Shown here piece by piece: positions 43,850-54,646 of a stretch of DNA of 64,000 nt; position 1 is the stretch's first letter; every line of letters begins with the position of its first letter. This DNA comes from Hormiphora californensis. Taxonomy: Eukaryota > Animalia > Ctenophora. The position numbers were made by a program, and so were the translations under genes. The notes under the pieces were generated by a model that was not told the origin of the DNA, did no database searches, and was given only the letters and a program-made list of their open reading frames with translations. The DNA lies in NCBI GenBank assembly GCA_020137815.1, contig CM035351.1, positions 4,526,001-4,590,000 on the forward strand, given 5' to 3'.

Positions 43850-46553
43850 GTAATAAATAAATAATAAATTAGCTGTCCTTCAAACACACACTCACTGAAG
43901 AGTCCTTGACAAGTTTTTTATCGAGAAAAACGTATTGAGAAAAACGGTATCCTTGACAAGTTTTTTATCGAGAAAAACGTATTGAGAAAAACGGTGTGTA
44001 TGGTCTTCTTTCTTCATTCTTCGGCATAAAACTCAGCCAGTCTGGAACCTCAGCTACTCAAACTCTGCTAAACAACTCAGAGGCCAGAAAATGTTAACAA
44101 TTTACACAAAATGCACACTTGAAAATATTAACTCATTGACTCAGTCATAGGTGGTCCCTCTACTAAGTCTCAGGTAGATGTAGGAAGGAATGGTGTAGAA
44201 AGTAGGAAGGGATGTAGGAAGGAATATAGGAAGGAATGGTGCAGAGTAGAGACAGTAGGTCAGGTGGGATGTAAGGAAGCTGGAGAGAGGGTCTGGAAGA
44301 AGAGACAGCACCTAGGACACGGGAAACCCAGGAACGAACCAGGTAAGGACAGGGAGGCAGACTATTTAGTTCCATGGAACTGCAGGAAGAAATGATGTAG
44401 GATTGAGAAAGCAGTCATAGGTGGGATATAGGGGAGCTGGAGTGTGGGTCTGGAAATAGGGCGTGGTGGCAATGGTAGCGAGAGACAGCAGACAGGACAC
44501 GAGAACCTAGGTACGAACCAGGTAAGGACAGGGAGGTAGACTATTTAGTTCCAGGAAGAAATGATATAGGATTGTGTCAGCAGGTCATAGGTGGGATATA
44601 AGGGAGCTGGAGTGTGGGTCTGGAAGTAGGGCGTGATGGCAGTGATCGCGAGAGACAGCAGACAGGACACGAGAGCCCAGGAGCGAACCATGTAAGGACA
44701 GGGAGGCAGACTATTTAGTTCCAGGAAGGAATGATGTAGGATTTAGACAGCAGGTCATAGGTGGGATATAAGGGAGCTGGAGTGTGGGTCTGGAAGTAGG
44801 GTAGTGGTGGCAGTGATAGCGAGAGACAGCAGACAGGACACGGGAACCCAGGAACGAACCAGGTAAGGCCAAGGGAGGGATCTATTTCCCAAAAGTTGTG
44901 AAACAGGATCAGATTTAGAACCGCATGCAAGGAATATTATAGGCAGGGAATAATGAGGCGTTTATGTGCGGAGCTGGAGCCTGGGGGAAAACAACAGATT
45001 TACTGTGAAGTTAACTGGACTGGGTGCCCAGGAAATGATGCAGGTAGATTTGTGCCGGGAAGATGGTGCGGTACTGATATAATGCCGAGTGAGGTTTATT
45101 CAGGTCCATAAGCCAAAGTAAACATATGGGTTTTCAAGGCCTTTTTAAACATCGGCAAGGTTTCTGTGGTTCGAATTTCTTTAGGTAGGCGATTCCAGAT
45201 CCTCGGAGCAGCTATACTAAAAGCTCTCTCAGTGGTTTTGTAGTTGTAGTTACTGTGTACCTCTTCCAGTCTTGTCGTGTCACAATCGACTCTTAAACTC
45301 ATCGGTTTTTGTTTCCGTCTTTGTAGCATTTCTGATATGTATCCAGGCGTCCCATTATTCAGGGATTTGTATACCATCATACAGATCTTATATTCTATTC
45401 TGTGTCTAACAGGTAGGAAGTGGGATTTTTTCCGTAGATCTGTTACACCACGTCTACTACGTTTACCATGGACAAAGCGAGTGGCAGAGTTCTGTAGCTT
45501 CTGAAGACGCTTCACATCCTTGTCTTTGAGACCTATCAGTAGAGCGCTACAATAATCAATCTTTGAGTGTATCAGTGAGTTCACAAGTTGGGTCTTTTGC
45601 TTTTTGTTCAGTTTGCCTGCAATTCTCCACATGTTGACGAGTTGGTAGTTGCACGACTGAACAACTCTGGAGACGTGCTGGGACATCGTGAGTTCGCTAT
45701 CGACCATGACGCCGAGATTCTTAGCAACTGGTTTGACTTCCGTTTCTTCTTGTGCAATGTTCAGTGTGGCATCACTGGTAGATTTATCCCATTTGTTTCG
45801 TAGGATAAGAACTTCTGTTTTATCCGGATTCAACTTCAACAGGTTCTGTGTCATCCAGAGACGAATGTGAGACACACAGCTCTGAACTTTCTTTATCACA
45901 TCATCGAATGTTTCTGGTGTGAAAGCTATCGAAAGTTGAGAATCATCCGCATACATGTGCAGGCTGAGACCATATAGTTCCGCTATTTTCTGTAGATCTC
46001 TGGTGTATAGTATGAACAAGAGGGGCCCCAGGATGGAACCCTGAGGAACACCAATGCTGATAGACTTTGCTTCTGACTCGACCGAACCTATCTTTACTCT
46101 AGCTGTTCGATTAGTAAGATATGATTCAATCCAGCTCAATACCTTTCCAGTCACTCCATAATCATGTTTCAGGCGGTGTAGTAGCTTGGCATGAGATATG
46201 GTGTCAAAGGCCGCTGAAAGGTCCAGAAGAACTAGGATGACCTTGGTCTTTTTATCCAGCTGCACAAGTATGTCGTTTACTATCTTGATAGTGGCCGTTT
46301 CACAGCTATGTTTCGATCGATAAGCAGATTGAACTTCACTGAACAGTCCATTACTCTCCACGTAGTCAGTAAGCTGGTCAGCGACGCATTTCTCCAGGAC
46401 CTTCGAGATGAACGAAAGGTTTGAGATTGGTCGATAACTATTAAGTTCATCAGGGTCTAGGTCATTGTTTTTGTATGATGGACGAATAACAGCAGACTTT
46501 AAGCTATCAGGGACTTCTCCTTTGGTGAGACTGGTGTTCACAATCTTAGAGAC
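43850..46553 (-). mobile_element. 5'-truncated L2/CR1-group LINE (RT ORF 45096-46541) with long 3' UTR and (TTTA)n tail
   Basis: SYRPIS, QSAYR, LDLSAAFDTI, GVPQGSILGP, YADD, APRIWNRLP; the 3' boundary is inferred. Confidence 0.9.
44250..44885. repeat. ~170-bp tandem repeat (~3.5 copies) in the LINE 3' UTR
   Basis: GAGACAGCA recurs at ~44302, 44482, 44652 and 44823. Confidence 0.85.
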
Positions 46554-47065
46554 TATTGGAGAGCCCTATTTGATGTCAGGATACACTGAAACATGTGTGA
46601 ATCCCGGGCAGCTGCACGGAGATCTTGGCATACGTTGCAGGGGTGCGCGCATGAGGGGGCTGCAGCGCATTCCAAACGGAGATCCGAGATGGCTCCAAAA
46701 AATGGTCGAAACTCAAATTTGAAGATTTTTAAAGTTTTTATTTTGTGAAATTCGAAAATCTACAGATTGACGCGCGGCGCGGCTTTAGCCAAAGCCCAAA
46801 AGTGGATTTGCGCGTGCGAATTTTTGAACAAATGAGACAGCAGTTTTTATACAAATGTTAGCATCTCAACTTAAAATATACACTGAATGCTATAGATATT
46901 ATATACATCTGAACAAGTCTTCTACACACACTACTGTTATGTACATTTGCACCGAGACTTTCGAATTAGTTTCTCAATCTGATTCTGATCTGAGTCTGAC
47001 TTAAAAAACACAGTTCTCACTGACAGCGGCCCATCTGGGCCATGCCATGTTGCAGGCATCCAAAT

Positions 47066-49922
47066 TTAACCCCTCTCAGCTTGATATTGTTTCAGAGCGG
47101 CCAGGAAAACTCCTCGGGACTGTTCAAGGAGGCCCTTGTATTTCTGGAGATCTGACTTTCTATCCTCTCCCACTGCATCCAGATGAGACTTCAGCACCTC
47201 TACCTCATCCTCTAGGATATCAATCCTGAAAATTATGTCATAGTCAGGGGGAAGAGGGATACATTTGATGGTTTTGCATGAGGGTAGGGGCCAGGATTTC
47301 CGGTTACTAATTTGCACAAACATGCGATGTATTTGTTGAGTAATGTATATAGACTCTTACCTTGATTCATCAGGAGGATAATTAATAGTTGCTTTCTGGT
47401 TACATCCATCACACCTTGGTAACTTCTTACTCTGCGGAAGATATTATTTGAGATATAATTTGAGTATCGGTACGATATAATATCAACAATGGGGAATCGT
47501 ATCCCGGCAGCCGGCTTGGTAAGAACTAAGAACTACTACATTGTTCTGTTCAAACCCGGGGCGCGGAGAGAGAGGGTCGAACAAGGCAACCAATACCCGA
47601 GCGTACTAGAAAAATCCCTACTACAGGATTAATTCAACAATGAGATCTTACCCTGAGGTTCTCCACAATTTTCTCCAGTTCAACGACATGTCTATTTGAT
47701 CTCAACATACATACATCCTTCTCTGTCATATCATTCTCTAATGTGTTAATCCTAAGAGATACAATGGTGATTAACAAAAAATCATGAAGATGTACGGAAA
47801 TCATCTGTCAGGCCAATGCTCTGACCAAAGTTCTAGCGCTTATTTGAAAAAAATGAGAATAGGGATTAGGGTCAGGCCAATGCTTTGACAGCTGACCGCG
47901 GTTCTCGCTTTATCGAAAGAAATGAGAATAGGGTCAGGCCAATGCTCTGACAGGAAACCACCTCATTCATACCTGTTATTAAGCATTTCCGTCAGCTCAA
48001 ACAGTCTCTCTTTCTCCACCTCCGTGGCCTTGAGAAGGTACCTCACATCAAACCCAGCTGCCTGCCCATTTCCACCGTGTCCTATTTCGGGTGCTGACCG
48101 GGGCTGGGATCCGGGCCGAGCTCGCATCTGGTTTAGGTAGGTCAGTGTCACTTCAAATTCACTGTGATATTCATTAAAATACAACATCAAACTTACAGAA
48201 ATTTCCCGATTTCTAGTTATTTCCTCCTCAAGTTGAGTTACACGTTGAGTCCGCTGATCAAGGTAATTCTTCAGCCTCTCAACCTCTGCTGTTAGTTCTC
48301 CCTCCCGAGAAGGGGTTTCAGTTCTTCCACTTTCGGCTGCTGCTTCCTGTAGACATCAAATTTTAGTAGATACAAACATACAAACATTCGTGACACAGTT
48401 TTTGAAATGCGGCCTCAATTACGTGTCGTACCCGCTGCTCAAGAAGTTGGTTAATCAGGGCGTCATCGTTCCGTCCCTTGTCCACTAGAGCTGCAAATTG
48501 TGATCTGAGACTCTTTATCTCTCCGCTGAGAGTAGAGTTCCTGGCTTTAACTGCGTCATAATTCTTCTTGGATGAGGCCACTTCACCCTTTAGTTGCTCA
48601 ACTTCTTTTTTCAGTTCCTATGGGATGGAAGTAGATGCTAAAGATGAATAATTTATCTCAATTCCCATCTCAATGACATTGCCAACTTAATCAAATCTCA
48701 AATTCAAGAAATCTAAAAACCTGGAGCTGCTGTTTTCTATTATTTTCCAGCGTCTTGATATCCCTCTGCCTTTGTTTCTCCATCCGATTTACAGGACCTG
48801 ATTCCTCAGTTTTGATGGCGTGGAGTTTGCTTTGTAATACTGATATCTGTTCAGCCCTACCACGCCATGAGTTTGGGGCTGCCAGAATGGATTGAACCGT
48901 CGTACCCTCTCCCACTTCTCTTTGCAGCAACTGATGAAGGAATAGACGGATTTAAAAGGGAAATTTCTCGCTGTGTATTTGTGTGATCCAAATTGGGGCT
49001 ATCTGAATTTATTCATACCTTAGATAAAAGCTTGTTTTCCTGTTTCATAGCGTCTGCTTGGTGCGATGTTTCGGTTAGGTTTTTCGTCATTGTTGCCAAC
49101 CTTTCCCTCATCTGTTTCTCTTTGTCCTCAGCCGAGGGTGTGCCCTGTGGAAGTGGAAGTGTTACTTCAATATGAAATAAAATACTTGTTTCATGTATGA
49201 AATCAAAAGTGTTTATTTGCTTGTTCAATTCCTGGAAGTTACACTTCTTGTCCGGCGCGCGGATAGACACTGCTGACAATAGACACTTGCTATAGATGTG
49301 TCCTCGCGCGCTACAACTCACACACACACTTACCCTAGACGAGGCAGTTTCGGTATCTCGCTGCTTTTTAGCCTGAACAGCGCTCTTCAGCTTCCTCTGG
49401 ACCTCCTGGTTGTTGTTGAAGTTGTTGATCTTGCTGGACAACTTTTTAGCGTTGTCCCTCTCCTTCTCTAGCTGACTGACTAGATCTCTGTTCTTCTTGG
49501 ACAGCTCCACAATTCGTTGTATTGCCTTGTCACTTCCCAGACCCCCACCTAAGAAACAAGAGTCTCGTTAAATTCAATTAATTATTTTGCTACTTTAAAT
49601 TTAATTACAATTTATACAATTTAGTACCTCCAGTAGCGACCTTTAATTCATCCAAGTCATTTTTCAGTTTAAACAGATCATTTTCCCGTGTTCTCAAGAG
49701 ACCTCTCAGCCTCTGATTTTCCTCAGATAACTCCGAATTCTTCTCCTCTAGAGATTCAGCATTGTACGACAGGAATGCTATCTTCTCCTTCGCTTCCTCA
49801 TCATCTAGACCGGTACCAAATGATAGGTTGAGGGAGTCGACTGGAGAAGTGATGGAGGGTGGAGGAGATGGTTCCTTGGTTCGTCTTGCAAGCAACCTCG
49901 CTAAATGGGGATCCTCTGTCAT
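47066..49922 (-). CDS. CCDC13: Coiled-coil domain-containing protein 13 (about 10 exons)
   Basis: IVELSKKNR, LQREVGE, SWRGRAEQISVLQSK, KARNSTLS, KGRNDDALI, DLQKYKGLLEQSRGVFL. Confidence 0.85.
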
Positions 49923-49996
49923 GTCTAGAAGGAATAGGGAATATCTGTTGAAAGATGTACTAGGATTACGTGAAGAAAAACACGGATAGATACATA

Positions 49997-50868
49997 CCGT
50001 GTGCGGCAAAAAAAATCCCCCCCTAGACCACCATAGTTGCCGATGTGGTGGAGAGCTGTAACTTGGCAGGGTTGCTCCACTATGTCTATCTTGATCCTGA
50101 CAGAAAAATCAGAGCTCTAGCTCAAAATTCATTTTTTTGATAGGAATGAACATTGTCATTCATTCCAAGAAAAAAATATTTTCGGTCCAGAATTCAAGCA
50201 ATTATCTTTGGCCATCGATTAGCTTTCCAATGTGACTAAGATCATCTAAATTGGGCAACCACAAGAGACACAGTGTCATGTTTCTTAAAGTTAGTCAGGT
50301 CATGTGATCTTCACCGAATCGTTGATTATCCGGGATTGCTAATCGAGCCAATGGGCAGAGGAATCTCGTATCACGGCCGCTAATGAGGTATGTGTACCAA
50401 TACAGGGTAATGTGATTCGAGGAAAGAGGACATTTATCAAAGAGCTACAGATCTCATGACCAATCAGCATCGTCATCCCTCATTAGTAGCCGTGATACGT
50501 GATTCTCTACCACTTAGACCGATTCGTAATACTGAACACTCAACGATTCGGTGAAGATCACATGACCTGACTAACTTTAAGAAACATGACACTGTGTCTC
50601 TTGTGGTTGCCCAATTTAGATGATCTTGGTCACATTGGAAAGCTAATCGATGGCCAAAGATAATTGCTTGAATTCTGGACCGAAAATATTTTTTTCTTGG
50701 AATGAATGACAATGTTCATTCCTATCAAAAAAATGAATTTTGAGCTAGAGCTCTGATTTTTCTGTCAGGATCAAGATAGACATAGTGGAGCAACCCTGCC
50801 AAGTTACAGCTCTCCACCACATCGGCAACTATGGTGGTCTAGGGGGGGGATTTTTTTGCCGCACACGG
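49997..50868. mobile_element. Palindromic Tc1/mariner-superfamily MITE
   Basis: TA|CCGTGTGCGG...CCGCACACGG|TA; ~330-bp near-perfect arms. Confidence 0.82.
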
Positions 50869-50998
50869 TAGTTGAAAACGAAGTGTAGAAATAATAATTC
50901 TGTAACAAACTAAAAATAATGAAAAACTTATTATTAGGAGGCGTTCCTTTCTCTCTCTCTCTCTCTCTCATTAGGAAGAACAAAAACAAAGTCACTGG

Positions 50999-52261
50999 TC
51001 AAATATCATAATTTGGTAAGTCATGGTTAAATTCCTGGTCATGATTATTCGAATCTATGGCATTGATGAACACATCAGTTAGGATATCCATGTTGTGATC
51101 TCGAGATTTCTGCGGAGATTCCGCCGGACTCCGCATCACCGCATAAGTCCGCATTTTCCGGGGTGTCCGTACCCTCAAAGGGTTTGTAATTGCAATGGGC
51201 TCATTACAGTACAACATGCTCGGTACACCACCCATTTCACTGGCTGATGTTCCGACTTCCTGGTGAGGCACAACCTCCTCTTGTACAACACCTAACACAT
51301 CCACCACAGACGCCTCGCCCTTTGGGAGGAGCTTGTGCGAATAATACTTCTCAGATCGCCGCTGGGAGTGTTTCAGCTGGTTCAAACGCTTTTTACCCAT
51401 GTGAATCTGCTCCTCTAGTTCGTCTAGTCGCTCTCTCACACTCGCAATAGCTCCAGAGTTTTCCCTGCTAGTCTCGTGCCGTAACCTCTCTAACAATCCT
51501 TCTTTCTCAAACTGGCACTTATTAACAGATTCCTCAACCCGCTGAATATCAGCAAGGCGTTTTTCACGTCTCTTGTTCGCCAGATCAAAGTTTGCACCTC
51601 CCATGGGTCGGTCCTGGTCCGTTCTGGGCGCTGATTTGGATGTGCTGAAACCCCGTTTGAACTTGTATTTTCCTCCCCGAAGGTTGGCTTCCTTGGCCTT
51701 GGCTAGCAAATCTTCTCTCCGTGCAAGAAGGGTGAGATCCCGGAGAGCAAGTTCCGCTGCACAAGAGTTAATTGATATTTGGTATTTGTTTAGCGGGGTG
51801 GATCTATATATAGCAGAAAGTTCAGCCACCAATCGAACTTGTTCATCATCAGATCTTTCATCAGTTAGCTCATCAAAGACATCAGAATCAGGCAGCTTCA
51901 CCTCAGCGTAGTGGGCCTTGGTTCGGCGCCGTTTGGGAAGTTTGGCCACCATGTCCCCAGTCCCAGAGCTCACATAGTCAGGGTTACCAGCGAAGGCTAC
52001 CTCGCTCTTGGAGGGCAAATTGGGCATCTCAAATGTAGGAGATGTACCAAACTTTACCTTTAATGTCTCAATCAACCGGATGACATGGAATGGCTTACTA
52101 TCCATACCAACGCATTTGAGAAGAGCCCCAAAGGTATCCATATCAAGTTCAGATATTTGTTTGGCGTCGTCAGCACCATTTTCCAAGAATAAATTTTTGT
52201 AGGAGAGGAGCTTGGCTTCTTTTAGAACGATATCCAACGTTATTTTCTCCACTCCTGCCAT
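50999..52261 (-). CDS. NAB: NGFI-A-binding (NAB) family protein, single coding exon
   Basis: NCD1-like VLKEAKLLSY..F...GADD..Q...VGMDSKPFHVIRL; NCD2-like SAIY...INSCAAELALRDLTLLARREDLLAKA; then a coiled coil. Confidence 0.8.
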   Translation of the reverse strand: MAGVEKITLDIVLKEAKLLSYKNLFLENGADDAKQISELDMDTFGALLKCVGMDSKPFHVIRLIETLKVKFGTSPTFEMPNLPSKSEVAFAGNPDYVSSGTGDMVAKLPKRRRTKAHYAEVKLPDSDVFDELTDERSDDEQVRLVAELSAIYRSTPLNKYQISINSCAAELALRDLTLLARREDLLAKAKEANLRGGKYKFKRGFSTSKSAPRTDQDRPMGGANFDLANKRREKRLADIQRVEESVNKCQFEKEGLLERLRHETSRENSGAIASVRERLDELEEQIHMGKKRLNQLKHSQRRSEKYYSHKLLPKGEASVVDVLGVVQEEVVPHQEVGTSASEMGGVPSMLYCNEPIAITNPLRVRTPRKMRTYAVMRSPAESPQKSRDHNMDILTDVFINAIDSNNHDQEFNHDLPNYDI

Positions 52262-52622
52262 GACAGCAGCACAAACAACTTATAACATGGTCATCTAAAA
52301 AGGAAAGAGAGATATTAACTGACTTGCAGTGTATGATGGGCTATTATAGATAACTCTTTAGCGTTCTCTCTTGAGTTATTATTCATCGACTAATCAACTC
52401 AAACAAAACAAAATATGTTGTTTAAACGGTATTGAGTTTAGTTATGAATTATTATTCCAAGGTTCAGAAAAGGGTCGCGATGCGGAACACAATCAATTCA
52501 CAAAACATAAAAACACTCAAAAATCCCTGATATATCATGTTTAAAACACATGAGAGTTCAAAAACACTCTGAGAGAGGGTCACTTCGATAACCACATATT
52601 GGTTACCATGGTTACACCATGC

Positions 52623-54512
52623 TCACATGCTCATTTCCTTGAGCAGGTTTCCAGCAATGACAAGTCGTTGAATTTCGCTGGTTCCCTCGTATATTTCTGT
52701 AATCCTAGCATCACGATAATGCCTCTCCGCAGGCATGTCATTGACGTATCCCATACCACCCAGTACTTGAATAGCCTTGGGAGATAGAGGTGATAGAGAG
52801 GAAATTAGAAGGCAATGGAGAAATGGCGAAGAGTGGGACGGAGAGGGGGAGATAGCTGTTAGGAATCAGATAAATTTCACAAAAGTTGTCAAGTTTGTCC
52901 AGCTCAGAAAGAGAAAGATGTAACAAAAACAAACCATTACATACCTGGTGAGCACAGTAGGTAGCGGCTTCTGATGCCATGAGTTTGGCCATGGCAGCTT
53001 CTTTAGTAAAGTTGTGGCCCTCATCCTTCAGTTTGGCGGCGTGCCAATTTGTTAGTCGTGCTGCCCAGATCCTACACTCCATATCAGCTAGTTTATTCTG
53101 GGAGAGGAGGAGTTAGTGTGCTGAACTACAAGGAGGGCCGAAGCCCAAAGGGAAGTTATTTATTTACAGAGTGTCAGAGTTTGTAGTGATACAACTGCTG
53201 TACACGTACGTGTATAGAAATACACACACTAATTATTACTCTACCACAGTTCTAGGGGAAGAACTATAATTATAACCACTGTAGCAAGTTAACCAGGTAT
53301 AGGTAGGTTAATTATCCAATTACCCAGGTATAACTTTTCAACACTACTTTAAACAAATTAATTTGAGCTGATGATGACGTTAAACGTCGAAACCGTCCCG
53401 TATTATCTTTCCTGAAATAAATCTCCGAGTCGTCTACAGTCCTAAATAAACACTATTTCATTGTACCCAGGTATAGTTAGGTTAATAAATGTAGTTACCT
53501 GGATAGTTTGCATCTTTGAGATAGGCTGATTAAAGGCATGGCGTTGCTGGGAGTAAGCTACAGCACACTCAAGAGAAGCCTGAGCAATTCCTAGAGCCTG
53601 TCCAGCAACTCCTATCCGCCCTGCATCCAGAGTTTTCTGAAATGTGAGAATAATGAAACGAAACTCCAGACACTATCAGATTCTACTATTCGAGCCCCTC
53701 ACAAAATGGGACAAAATGTATCGAATCTATGCAGTTGAACCTACCATAGCAATTTTAAATCCCTGGCCAAGCTCACCCAGAAGACAATCTTTATCAATCA
53801 TGCAATTATCGAAGTTAACCACACAAGTAGATGATCCCTTGATACCCAGCTTGTCCTCTTTCTTTCCCAGACTCAACCCTTCCGTCGGTTTGGGGACAAT
53901 AAACGCTGAAATTCCCTTGTGCTTCTTTGCCTTGTCCGTTGTTGCGAACACAATGGCTGCCTCTGATTCATACCCGTTAGTAATCCATGCCTTGGCCCCA
54001 TTCAGCTCCCATTTATCGCCCCTATCTGTCGCAGTGGTACTAGCTGCCCCGGCATCACTACCATTACCAGGCTCACTCAAACAGAAACATCCCACATGAT
54101 CCCCATCAATGAATGGGGCGACCCACTTTTCATGTTGTTCTTGGTTACCCGCCATTAGGAGAGGTCCCATGTATAGGGAATTGTTCACCGACATGACCAC
54201 TCCAGTGGTCGCACAACCCCGCGAGATCTCCTCCATAGCAACTGCGTAGGCGAGGTATCCCATGCCAGCTCCACCAAGTTCCTCAGGAGCGACCATGCCC
54301 ATGAGACCCATTTCTCCCATCTTCTTAACAGCATCTCCCGGATAGACACTGTCCCGGTCAACAGCTCCTGCGATGGGTTTTAGTTCGTTCTCAGCAAAGT
54401 CCCAGCAGGTCTGACGGAGGAGTTCGATGTCCTCAGGTAACAGGGTCGTGGAGATAGGCCTGGCAGGCGCACACCGGGATAGAAGGGGTCGGAGGGCTCG
54501 GGACAACAACAT
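52623..54512 (-). CDS. ACADS: Short-chain acyl-CoA dehydrogenase (4 exons)
   Basis: [65 protein letters not shown]; exons ~53744-54512, 53500-53637, 52946-53097, 52623-52775. Confidence 0.95.
53333..53463 (+). mobile_element. Retroposed insert: spliced-leader-like exon plus hammerhead ribozyme core, with 12-bp TSD
   Basis: ACTTTTCAACACTACTTTAAACAAATTAATTTGAG (53333-53367), CTGATGA (53368-53374), stem GACG/CGTC, GAAAC, two AATAAA; flanked by TACCCAGGTATA. Confidence 0.7.
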
Positions 54513-54646
54513 CCTATAGAGAAATGTTGAGATTTAGTGTTTTTGAAGTGTTGGCATTACCAACCTGTGCCCTAAAAATTAAAAAAGACGAAAAAGAACT
54601 GCTAAAAGAATAAATTACCCCAAGCAATAATAAAAGTTGAAACACA

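Noticed and set aside
53333-53400. SL RNA gene
   Set aside because: The leader-like sequence is followed by CT rather than a GT donor, no Sm-site-bearing intron part is evident, and it is TSD-flanked, so it is better read as a retrocopy.
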